A stretch of DNA of 64,000 nt, taken from the NCBI RefSeq assembly GCF_022045235.1, contig NW_027266297.1:44950001-45014000 (forward strand). The letters run 5' to 3'. Position numbers and translations under genes: made by a program. Under the pieces are notes generated by a model that saw only the letters and a list, made by a program, of their open reading frames with translations, was not told the DNA's origin and searched no databases. The DNA comes from Haliotis cracherodii. Taxonomy: Eukaryota. Positions 1 to 11,810 of this stretch are shown here, piece after piece (within the stretch, counting starts at the first letter, position 1; each line of letters begins with the position of its first letter).

Positions 1-599
1 ATGACATGGCATGATGGTGGTGGGGTATGCATTAGCAGAACATATATAATCGGGTTCTGGCACGGTAGAATGGTAAGAAAGTTCTTCATTAAAAACAGCA
101 TCTTATATCCATTTTACTATAACAATATTAATGAGTGAAGCGGAATAAATTTGGGTATGTTGTCGACGTAAATGAAGAAAGCCTGATATCGCCTATAAAC
201 AAAGTATGTATCTGTATATACTTAAACAATGTTTTTACATCAATATGCTTTACACTCATGTAAGGACACTGAAAATATGTAAGCTACTTCGTAAGCAAAC
301 ATGAAGTTGTCACCCCTAAAGAAAATGAAGCATATTTTGCAAGGTTTATCTGAGGATGTCTGTGAGGCACACGTCATGACGTGTTACTGTGATTAATATA
401 CCTCTGTCTGGCCAATCAGAACCGGGTATTTTTCAAAGTCATGGTAGAATGGACGTATATCTCTTATGGACAATGTTACACGATCACGCATCCATAGAAT
501 GTATGCTGAGAACGTCTTCAGCATTTGACAATATATCAACATGGTTGACAAATACCAGAGCGATGAGTTGATGCCATATATGGTTGATGTTTAACGTAC

Positions 600-3500
600 C
601 TGAACTTGATACCCTGCGACACGTCGTAACCAGCTGGTACCTTCCAGGTGAACATAACTGACGTCTTCTTAAATTCACTTGTGTGGGTGATGGAGTTCTA
701 GGAATGAAAACACAAAACACGATACCCATCTTTGTTCAACGTTTCATTCTCTGTATGTTTGTTGAATCGTTGAGGTCAGAAGAAATTTCAATAAGATTCA
801 ACCAAGCCTTTGAAAACGTCACTGTGCTTATTAGGGCAACCAAACGTTATTGTGCTTCTTAGGGAAACCATAGTCTGAACACGTTACTGTGCTTATTGTG
901 GCAACCATACTTTGAACAAGTTACTGTGCTTCGTAGGGCAACCAGAGTTTGAACACGTTACTGCGCTTCTTAGGACAACAATACTTTGAACACGTGAATG
1001 TGCTTATTAGGGCAACAATACTTTGAACAAGTTATTGTGCTTCTTATGGCAACCAGAGTTTGAACACGTGAATGTGCTTATTAGGGCAACAATACTTTGA
1101 ACACGTGAATGTGCTTATTAGGGCAACAATACTTTGAACAAGTTATTGTGCTTCTTAGGACAGCCAGAGTTTGAAAACGTATACGTTTGGACGTATATCT
1201 CTTATGGACAATGTTACACATTACTGTGATTCTTAGGGCAACCATACTTTGAAAATGTTACTGTGCTTCTTGAATACAATAATTGTTGCAAACATACCTT
1301 GGTGACATTTAAACAGTCCATGGTTTGAATAGTACCATCCGAGGCGGTATACTTGGCAAATGTCCCGGGCACTATGGCAGTGTCGGCGGTGGTACACTTG
1401 GTACAGCGGGCTTGGACCAGGAAACCCTCGAAGTATCCGTCGGTGGCAGTTGCGTTCAGGGTGACTGAAATATACAAGACACATACAGAGTAATACGAGA
1501 GAGGCACCATCGTGGCAACCAAAAGCTTTCAGGTTAACATTTGATCTGATTATTAAGTCAAATCTGCGTAGACAGGTAGAACTTTTACAAATCCAACTTT
1601 TTTGGTGGATACTAAAAAATATAATCAAAGTTTATTTTAGCTAGCATGAATATTATAAAATATTAAGCAAGTCTAAGCTTATAATTCCCTCTACTCCTGC
1701 TAAAGGTCCTGATTTTGGCTTGGGTACATTTAGTCTGTCTCACATTCGCTGAACCATATCATTTTCCCTTCAGCTAAGCCCTTCTGTAATGCAAATGCCC
1801 TTGAAGAATGTCTAGATTTTCCTTAGGAATCTCCCATCTCACTGGATCTCCGTTTCAATTAAGGCGTTAATCTAGGGTACATTCCTGTATACTGAAATGT
1901 TCCTGGGTTACATATCTGTAGTACCCGTGACTACACGACATCTTCAGTTCTACTCCCCCATGCGGTTGATCCACCAGCCTGCTCTTTTTTACCCTGTTCC
2001 CCACAGTATTGCGAACAAATGTGATTTGAGTGTCAAGTCGTCAGAGATCACATACGGTCGGGGTGTCAGAGAAGATGTAAATTTTGAACAGCCAGGTATG
2101 AAATGTTAGTCGGGTGGCCAGAGGTGATGTACGTAACTTTGAGTAGCAAGGGATAATACGACATAAAATGACAAACACTTAACCGTCAATTATGGGGCAG
2201 TTCAGTAGGCGCATACTGTGTATCTAGCTCCACAGAGAAAACACACTGTCAACATGTTTATCTTCATTCTACCATGAAAAAAACATTAAACTGTTAGCAA
2301 AGAGACTGGGTGAAGCGGCAAGGGACTAGTCGACTATTTTCAATGGGTTGCCGATCTGAATTAACGGACCACTGATGATAGACTTCGAAGAAAGAATTAA
2401 GGGGACCAGGTACAGAGTGAATGAAGGGGTCTCGGTATGGAGTGAATGAAGGGGCCCGGTATGGAGTGAAAGAAAGGGTCCTGGTATGGAGTGAATGAAG
2501 GGGACCCGGTATGGAGTGAATGAAGGGGTCCCGGTACGGAGTGAATGAAGGGGTCCTGGTATGGAGTGAATGAAGGGGACCCGATACGCAGTGAATGAAG
2601 GGGTCCAGGTATGGAGTGAATGTAGGGGTCTCGGTATGGAGTGAATGAAGGGGCCCGGTATGGAGTGAAAAAAGAGGTCCCAGTATGGAGTGAATGAAGG
2701 GGTCTCGGTTTGGAGTGAATGAAGGGGGCCCGGTATGGAGTGAATGAAGGGGGCCCGGTATGGAGTGAATGAAGGGGTCCTGGTATGGAGTGAACGAAGG
2801 GGTCCCGGTATGGAGTGAATGAAGGGGCCCGGTATGGAGTGAATGAAGGGGCCCCAGTATGGAGTGAATGAAGGGGTCCCAGTACGGAGTGAATGAAGGG
2901 GTCCTGGTATGGAGTGAATGAAGGGGTTCTGGTATGGAGTGAAGGAAGGGGGCCCGGTATGGAGTGAATGAAGGGGGCCCGGTATAGAGTGAACGAAGGG
3001 GGCCCGGTATGGAGTGAAGGAAGGGGTCCCGGTATGGAGTGAACGAAGGGGTCCCGGTATGGAGTGAATGAAGGGGGCCCGGTATGGAGTGAATGAAGGG
3101 GGCCCGGTATGGAGTGAATGAAGGGGCCCCAGTATGGAGTGAATGAAGGGGTCCCAGTACGGAGTGAATGAAGCGGTCTCGGTATGGAGTGAATGAAGGG
3201 GTTCTGGTATGGAGTGAAGGAAGGGGGCCCGGTATGGAGTGAATGAAGGGGGCCCGGTATAGAGTGAAGGAAGGGGGCCCGGTATGGAGTGAACGAAGGG
3301 GTCCCGGTATGGAGTGAATGAAGGGGGCTCGGTATGGAGTGAATGAAGGGGGTCCGGTATGGAGTGAAGGAAGGGGTTCTGGTATGGAGTGAATGAAGGG
3401 GGCCCGGTATGGAGTGAATGAAGGGGGCCCGGTATGGAGTGAATGAAGGGGGCTCGGTATGGAGTGAATGAAGGGGTCCTGGTATGGAGTGAATGAAGGG

Positions 3501-5061
3501 GTTCTGGTATGGAGTAAATGAAGGGGTTCTGGTATGGAGTGAATGAAGGGGGCCCGGTATGGAGTGAATGAATGAATGAATACGTATATTGCATCTAAAT
3601 TTCAATAAGACTCCACGGATATATTGATATTTACCTTTAACCATCTCTTTTGCGTCAAAATTGCCAACAGGAATAATTCGAAGCTATCTGATCTTATCTA
3701 TAATGTCTTTTGAGTAACGCTAAGGATAACACAAAAATCAACAGAACAAAGGACTGTATTTCTTGCATTTATGACACTTTTATTACAACGGGCAATAATA
3801 TCTTTTGAATTGACCAATTGTTTGTAAAAAAAATAAATGGCCTTATCATAATAATATCGAATAATCTTAGAGACCTATATATTATAAAAATGGAATTCTG
3901 ACCTGGAACATCGAGGAAAAGCAGATTCTACAAGGCAATTGTAAATTATCCACCAAATTCATCTGATAAATGGGAAACTAGTTTGGTTCGTTTCAAATTT
4001 TCTCTGATGAAGCAGGTAGAAGGCAGAACATTACTCTCATAAAAAGAAAATGTATATTATGTCTATCAAGTGGTACTGCAGATGAATATCATTATTTGTT
4101 TAATTGTGTGTATTTCAATGAAACAAGAAGTTTCCTATCTCCTTCTTACATGAACCTACTATCAGTTCTCTACATGACCAAGTTATTTCTAAGTAGGTAA
4201 AACATATAACTTCTGTCGCCACAATACATTTAACTTCACATTTAACATTCAGACTTGAGAATTGTAAACTTCATGAGAGAATAATACTTCAACATTCTGC
4301 TTTAATTTGAGAAGTGGAAATCAGGTGTTGAGATAAACAATTACACCTTGATCTTTTTATGAGACTAGCGGGAGTATCAGTTGTGCAGTCATAGATGAAA
4401 TATCATCTACAGACGAGTTCATAACCTGACAAAAGTTTTCTCATGTCAGTACAATGTTTTGACGCATATACTTCGTTACCATATGTTCTCGTGTTTTTTA
4501 GGTGAACAATTGACTCGCCTTTGCTTGTGTTTGTGACATGTGTGGGGCAGAATACGCTCACCTTTTCGCGAACACCAAAGTGATTCATAAAAGCACATGC
4601 CCATGATGTAGTCGGAATCGTACACTCGCCTCTACTACGAGAAGAGATTTCTTATTAATATGGAAAGGGTTTTGTTTGGCGAAAGGTTTGTCATGTGAGA
4701 ACAGTGTCATTCTCCTTCCTGAAAGCCACCAGAAGTTGTTATACTTTGCTCTAACGTGTAGGAATTCTTATGAATACGGAAAGGGTCACAGCCAAAAAGG
4801 TTTCCGTTTTCAGGAAACCTTCCAGATACCTTTCCACTTTTAATAGGGCCTTATCTTACAGAAATTACCTGTAACCATCCCTCCCTGTTTGATGGAATTT
4901 GTCTCTACGAAGAGAGAGTATGGCGGCGTTGAGTTCTGGGCGATGGTACCGTCATGTTGAGGAGTGAGGTTGATGCAGGCTGGAGGTCCTGCTGCTGTAG
5001 AGTAGCCCAGGACTAGAGCGGGCTGGACACAGGCGATAAGGAGGACGATGTACGCAGCCAT
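600..5061 (-). CDS. Reeler-domain protein, paralogue A (partial; last exon lies left of the window). Coding exons 5061-4869, 1464-1298, 697-600
   Basis: Manual splicing with canonical GT-AG sites (phases 1,0,2) gives MAAYIVLLIACVQPALVLG-YSTAAGPPACINLTPQH...PPYSL...VTLNATATDGYFEGFLVQARCTKC...PGTF...MDCLNVTK-NSITHTSEFKKTSVMFTWKVP...IKFR. This is a signal peptide plus the Reeler motifs C..(M/L).P.H, F.GF..QAR, C...N..TH and W.(A/V)P. Confidence 0.9.
808..1270. repeat. ~37-bp minisatellite (TTTGAACACGTTACTGTGCTTATTAGGGCAACCATAC-like) in intron 2 of gene A
   Basis: Direct tandem copies, ~11 units; not amplified in the paralogous intron of gene B. Confidence 0.85.
2400..3580. repeat. ~25-bp minisatellite (GGTATGGAGTGAATGAAGGGGGCCC) in intron 1 of gene A
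   Basis: ~47 tandem units ending in (TGAA)n; explains the spurious 415/422-aa ORFs. Confidence 0.95.
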
Positions 5062-5543
5062 CTAGAATGATGTCATCATTTATCACGTCTTGGATGAAAT
5101 TTATTTCAGTAATGCTTTTGTTAATTTAAGTCATGGTAAAGGCTTGATGTGCTTATCACAACAAAATCCTCAAGAGCTAGTCATGATTAGTTGACATGAT
5201 CCCGACACACACAGGTAAGCAAAACAGTTATTACTTGACTGTTTGTTTGTTTGAGGTATACTGGTTAAGAGGGAATTAGTAATAGCTACAACGCTGGTAG
5301 TTTTAGCGTAGTAAAGTCAAAAGCTAGGATTTTTGTAAGGGACAGAATATATTTTGGGTAAGAGCTTCAAGATATACATCGTTTCCTTTGGAACAGAACA
5401 ATAATGTTTCTTAAACCCATTTTCATGACTTGTCCAGCGAAAAATTATTTTTGTTGCAAAACCGGATGCTTAAATATGCTTTTTTCTAAAACACATTATT
5501 TCTGCAAAATCTTCGCAGCTTCCACATTCCCCCGCACCGCGAA

Positions 5544-5678
5544 GAGTGAGTGAGTATGGTTTTACACCACTCTTAGCAATAGTCAAGCAGTTTAACGGCG
5601 GGGGACACCAGAAATGTGGGGAATCGAACCCGGCTTTTTAGACCTGACGAGCGAACGCTTAGTCTACCCCACCGCCCC
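5544..5678 (-). mobile_element. Degenerate tRNA-derived SINE (family 1)
   Basis: Similar to 13013-13187 and 52393-52552, with internal deletions. Confidence 0.75.
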
Positions 5679-6500
5679 ATCCCGTAGGGTTTTCCTCCTA
5701 CGGAAACCGACACGATATGTTTTGTAAGTGACTCTTCAAAGAAGCATTTAACCGCACTCCAAAGTCCGCCGTGACGTCAGTGCCTGACCTATATGTCTTT
5801 CACGCCGCAGGAAACTGTATTACAAATCGGCAACTTTGCCTGAACGTTACTGAACCTGACAAACGATAGTCATTCATCTCTGTACAAGTGGGGCATCTTT
5901 CACCGTCTGTGTTTCCGGATGGGTAAACAGCTGAAGCTGGGCCAGCTAAAGTGACGAGTCATCGTTGTATGAGTAACTCCAGGATTGCGTGGGGACCGAC
6001 CGAGAGAGTCTTTTGAGCAATGGGGCCCTGGATCTGTATTCTAGACCTTGGTAACCTATATAGGAATGCCACGTACACGCTACATGTTCGCCATTGAAAC
6101 ATTCTGAAAACTAAAACCTGAGGTTCCTCATTGTTAATACGGTGCTAACTGATTTCTCTATTCCTACAACTTCGACTTATTTTCTATGAATTTTAATCTT
6201 CAAACAACGACTACCAATGCACAGTCGCAGAGTAAATAATATAGATTACAATAATGGACTTTGTAAAAGTGTTCCAAGTATTAGTTTATTTAAAGGCATA
6301 TGACTTATGTCAAAGTACAAAAGGTTGAGGTACAAGTTGACAGCCTACTAAGCCTACTGACATCTAGATAAACGAGTAATATTTGGTTACTTTGATATGA
6401 TGTTTTTTTTATTTATTGGATTTAAAATAACATGTTCGTAGTAATTGCGTACGGTAAAACCTCACAAGTCGGGACTGTATCATACATAATGCAATCTTCC

Positions 6501-6612
6501 AAGGGTCCATTCCACAAAGGGGTCTTAGCGCAAAGGCGATCGTAACTCCCATACTTTAACATAGACTTACGACTGTCGTAGCGCTACGGTCGCTTTGTGG
6601 AATGGGGCCTAG
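6501..6612. mobile_element. ~110-bp palindromic MITE
   Basis: Inverted termini GGGTCCATTCCACAAAG / CTTTGTGGAATGGGGCC; related copy at 18035-18147; absent at the paralogous site in unit B (~20760). Confidence 0.8.
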
Positions 6613-7731
6613 ATTACCACGTTTCTGGTTTAACGAATTATAGACAGGGAGTAACATTTATTTAGATGTACCTCACCACACTAACCAGGTCAGTGTACAG
6701 AATTCAGCATACATGGGCCTGTTACATCACCAAACAGTAATGAAATCACAGTGAAAATGAAATGACACGTCTGTTGAACTATTGTGGCATTTCTAAACAG
6801 ATTAACATAAACATTACGAGCTTTATTCCAGAAATAAGTTCAAAGTATGCTAATCCACAGTGTGCGTTAGACACATTTGTGTAGTTACTGTTGATCGCAG
6901 GGTAAAGAAGACATTTTAAGTCAATTACTTTGCGCATGTCTCCCAGTAACATCGACATATGTCGAAAGGTTATGTCTATACTCTATGATTTGATGACAAC
7001 TTGATGACATTAACTTTCAAAATACATACATTTGTCAATTAATATTTCACCCTCAGCAAACACTTAAATACCATGGAAATAAATATCAATGTTATTGTAT
7101 ACAATTTTGTAAGTTAGTTTCTAACATATAATTCCAATTCTATATAATTTATGACGTGTAGCGTGCACTGTTTGTTATGCATATATGTAATGAAGCTAAT
7201 ATTGCCACCAGTCACATTGTTCACCAATCCTGCTCTTGTTCATTCATTGATATTGGTTTAGCTAAAACAACGTACATAGACTTTGCTAACCCAACAAAAA
7301 CGTCCCGGATACCTTTCTTCACAAGGGCCGAATCTTGAGCCTTGTCATTGTTATCAAAGCGATGTAATAAACCACAGACACTAAACGAATTGATTCAGAC
7401 AACCTATTTCTAGTGTTATCATCATTTAGCTAACCATATTAATAATACAAAAGGGATGTTGGGTGAACATTACTAGGTGACCAGGTCATGTATAATGTAT
7501 ATGGGTGCCCACAAAGATACAAAGACTGATATTTGACCTTCACTCTCTAGGACGAGTGTACATGTTCTCACCAACCTAAGGAGAAGGTTAGCAAACAGTC
7601 CGATTTGTTCATAAAAACATATCCGGAAAGATCGTTGTACTTTATACGGACTATATTTTTTTTAAAGTATAAAGTTAAAGTAACATCAGCCACTAAAACT
7701 GAGAGTGTTATGATCTACATAAGGTACTGAC

Positions 7732-7830
7732 CTTCGAGTTCTTTCAGACTACAGTCTAACAGCGTCGCCAGTGTGCGGGACCCAGTAGTGACTGTGATGC
7801 CAGCTCCTGAACCGGAACACGACCCAGTTT
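7732..7830 (-). other. Putative non-coding 5' UTR exon of gene A (upstream boundary approximate)
   Basis: The ATG at 5061 is immediately preceded by an acceptor (ttctag). This block ends in the donor AAG|GTCAGT and is conserved at 21669-21770 (gene B) and 40580-40670 (gene C). Confidence 0.6.
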
Positions 7831-8379
7831 TAGGCATGTACAAAAACCCACATTACGGATGCAGACTGGTTTCATCTGAGCGTGATAAAAAGATGCATAG
7901 ATGGCAAAATTGTTCTTTTCAAAACATGTCGAGGCAAGGCTACCATGTGTAAACATTCATTCTTAACGTGTTCAGTAAGGAATGTTCTGCATTTTTTACG
8001 TTGATTTTATAAGAAGATGGGGGTAAAGCCGTCGCAGCCATGCGATGAAACATGTATCTTTTGTCACAATTAGATTCTCTCTTGAAGAAGCAAAATCGTC
8101 ATTTATCCACACTTTTGAGTTGATCAAGCCTTCGGTAACGTTAACATTTGTTAGAGCACAGGCAAATACCTTCGTATAATGGGTGGACACTACTTTGATC
8201 AGGTCGAGTATATTTATATGCTGATCAAGTACTGTAAAGTAAACATTAATACAAGCGTGAAAAACGTTTTTATTGAAACATGTACATTTCAGCATGCCAG
8301 GACTTAAACAACAAACAATGGATTCTTTTATTATTTAAAACCGATAACGACCTGTGGTGATTGATTTGATAAATTCTAC

Positions 8380-9000
8380 TGCCTAAAGTTCTATTATTTA
8401 GCAATCTGGATCGCTTTGTCGCCTTGTTTAAATTTGAAAACTGTCCCTTTTCCTGAACTTGGTTGGTCATGGTAGAAAGACAGTTTTTGTTCCTCAGCCC
8501 GAAAATCCAAAATCCAATCTCGGATAATTGTCCCTTATATGCTCAATATAGCTCACGCTATCTGATAAAGAGATCTGGGGTAGCATTTCTGCATAGAAAG
8601 ACTGAAGCCAAAGTTTTAATTCTTCCGCCAAAATTGCGAAAACATCAAGTGGTAAGGACATGGAGATTCATGAAAATACAAGTTTCTATTTTTAGGTATT
8701 GCCCATTCTGTCCAAATGTTAAGACCCCACTTTGTGTTAATCTTGGTTTTAACGGGTATTCGATCTGATATCAAACCATCTATCATGGCTGAAGTACTAG
8801 ATGCAAAACGATCGTTATCTTTTGAGGTCGATGGTTTTTCATTTTGTAAAGTTTCAAAATCATACAAAGTTTGTCTTAGTTCAATATCAGAAAAAGTTGT
8901 ATTTTCACTTGCCCGAGATGACCAAATGCCATCTCGTGTTTCACCAAGATGACATACATCTATAAGCTGCGACGTTTTCCTCCAATAGTAAGCTGGCATG
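8380..9000 (-). mobile_element. Degenerate Crypton-like (DUF3504-associated) tyrosine-recombinase transposon fragment
   Basis: Broken frames give DRIPVKTKINTKWGLNIWTEWA..NRN, LKLWLQSFYAEM and YPRSLYQI, resembling the region N-terminal to DUF3504 in Crypton/KCTD1/QRICH1-type proteins. Stops and frameshifts present. Confidence 0.55.
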
Positions 9001-9114
9001 CCTTGGTGTAACTGAGAAACTTTTCAAAACTTTGTTAATCCCAACTCGCTCACTCAGCTGAGGGAGTTTTGTATTAACTGTGGAGGATAGAGAATGTTGT
9101 ATGTTCTTGAATAA

Positions 9115-9757
9115 GTGGTTGTCACGTGCACTGTAGGAACATGACAGGGCGAAGTCAGAGTTAGTGATGGTCACGTACTGCGTACGATCATGATAGGGTG
9201 GAGTCCGGATTGGTTAGTGGTGGACACGTGCACTGTAGGAACATGGCATGGTGGAGTTCAGGCTGGTTAGTGGTGGACACGTGCACTGTAGGAACATGGC
9301 ATGGTGGAGTTCAGGCTGGTTAGTGGTGGACACGTGCACTGTAGGAACATGGCATGGTGGAGTTCAGGCTGGTTAGTGGTGGACACGTGCGCTGTAGGAA
9401 CATGGCATGGTGGAGTTCAGGCTTGTTAGTGGTGGACACGTGCACTGTAGAAACATGGCATGGTGGAGTTCAGGCTTGTTAGTGGTGGACACGTGCACTG
9501 TAGGAACATGGCATGGTGGAGTTCAGGCTTGTTAGTGGTGGACACGTGCACTGTAGAAACATGGCATGGTGGAGTTCAGGCTTGTTAGTGGTGGACACGT
9601 GCACTGTAGGAACATGGCATGGTGGAGTTCAGGCTTGTTAGTGGTTGTCACGTGCACTGTAGGAACATGGCATGGTGGAGTTCAGGCTTGTTAGTGGTGG
9701 ACACGTGCACTGTAGGAACATGGCATGGTGGAGTTCAGGCTGGTTAGTGGTGGACAA
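9115..9757. repeat. 53-bp minisatellite (GGACACGTGCACTGTAGGAACATGGCATGGTGGAGTTCAGGCTGGTTAGTGGT)
   Basis: ~11-12 near-identical tandem units. Confidence 0.95.
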
Positions 9758-11416
9758 GTATGCTATGTCTTAGCGCATGGAAAGTGTGTACCTGTGTTTA
9801 CCTGACTAGTAGTCACATAGACTGAGAAAACACATGTGACATTTTTTTCACTAATATCCAAGGTTTTTTAAAAACACCTTTTCTTCAAAAATCATTCAGA
9901 GTATTATCAGCTAATCCTTTGAACATATATGGGTGTATTATGTCTGTTTTTATTAGTTAAGCTACACATATAAACGCTTACTTTTGACAAATACTCTCTG
10001 AAGATAACACTTATTTTTGATCGATATTGAACTCAGCTGGTCATTCCTCTGTTGCTGCGCTGCCACCTACATTTTACATAACATGTAATACATTCACCAC
10101 AACAGACCTAGGTTATTATGCCAATCTTTGATCACATAAGTAACAAAGACACGAGAAATATGAAATGGGAACCTTTGTCGGATAATCTGAGTGGTGCTAC
10201 CACTAATTATACATATAATAATTCATTAACTGTGCATCAAGTGAATGACGACAAATACACAGGTGTAGATGTGAAACATGGATGACAACACTAGGCTAGT
10301 AATAGTTGTGTTATGAGCAGTTTAGTTGACTGTAAAATAAGGATTGTTGTTGTCTTGAGTATATGAACTGAAAGTCATGGATGCAAATATAATATATAAT
10401 TGGACGTACACATTTAATTTAACGGTTTGTTTTTATTATGCCCCGCCCAAAGGAAGTTTTGCAGTGGATTCAGACAGCTTTTTCGTCACGCTTAGTTTCC
10501 GGGACATAACTCATAGACCATTCAATATTTCTGCTTCTTATGACAACGAGTTGGACTTCAAACGAGGATAGGGATCGTTTCCAGAGCATAACTCTTAATG
10601 TTTCTCATTTCTTTGTATCATTCAAGTGCTGAACTGGTGGGTTTTGTTATTGAGGCGTCTTTTTAGATTTCGCGTGAAGTTGAACTAATGTTGAAATGAG
10701 GGTTTCATTTTGAGGTTTAACCCTCTGTCATAATGTCAGTTGTACGACATCCGATAGTCGATAGAATATGATAATCATGCAATAACAAAATGGGGTTTCA
10801 TTTACGGCCTCTGATAAATCAAATGTGTATTTTAAATTCAATAGGTCTATTGACATGCCCTGATTAATATCTAAGCTGTGAAACACAGACATGAAATCCG
10901 GGTAGAATCCAGAGCCTAGTGCCCCCTTTAGATTCAATACCCCCTGTATCAGTATCTTAGTACTGACTAGTAGTTGTCAGTGCTGCTAACTTGTGAATAT
11001 TCGCCTGTTAGACGTATCTCATGCTGTGTGAGTTTGATATTGTATCTGTTCACGTAAAACCATAATGCGTCAGCTTAGTTTTATTGCTTAGTGTTAATAA
11101 ATCCTTAAACTTCAGTTTGTTTTATCTTTGTCGGTCTGTCAAGTTATTCATTGCTGACTTGTACCTGTATCAACACCTCTGGACAATTACGAGTCGGCCC
11201 CTCTGTGGGTGAGGCGTTACTTCAGCTTTGGCGGCGTAATCGTCAGTACCGTGACGCATGCATGTCCGGCCGTCGTGAAGGTGTGACCCACTGCGGTCAG
11301 GTAGGACATGGAATGTCACTATAGTCGTAGATGTATGCGCAAGATCGATGAGACATGTTTGTGGTTTTGTGTATTGTCCCATTCAATCCACGTGATAAGA
11401 TGTTCTTCTCCTCCAG

Positions 11417-11810
11417 GGCCACTGTTGTCGTCAATGAAACTCATTGGTGGGACAATATTCCTTCTGGGTATCTCCATGAGAAACGAGATGGGGAGACAAC
11501 ACAACGTTGGACCATGTGGACATCTTGTGTGCTGTGTTGTCCTTATACGGATACCATATTAACCTTGGAATCTTTTGTGCTGTTTTGTCCTTATATAGAT
11601 ACCATGTTAACATTGGAATCTTGTGTGCTGTGTTGCCTTTATATTGATACCATGTTAACATTGGAATCTTGTGTTCTGTGTTGTCCTGATATTGATACCA
11701 TGTTAACATTGGAATCTTGTGTGCTGTGTTGTCTTTATACTGATACCATGTTAACCTTGGAATCTTGTGTGTTGTGTTGTCCTAAAACAGGTGCCATGTT
11801 AACATTGTAA
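11417..11810 (+). pseudogene. Orphan inverted Reeler last-exon homologue reading into the 48-bp satellite
   Basis: Polypyrimidine acceptor ttcttctcctccag|G GCC ACT GTT GTC gives (R)ATVVVNETHWWDNIPS, with the same phase and motif as exon 4 of B/C/D (ATVVQ....WW....S). Confidence 0.65.

Noticed and set aside
2326-3644. 415-422-aa Pro/His/Ser-rich ORFs
   Set aside because: Translations of a 25-bp intronic minisatellite, open in several frames.
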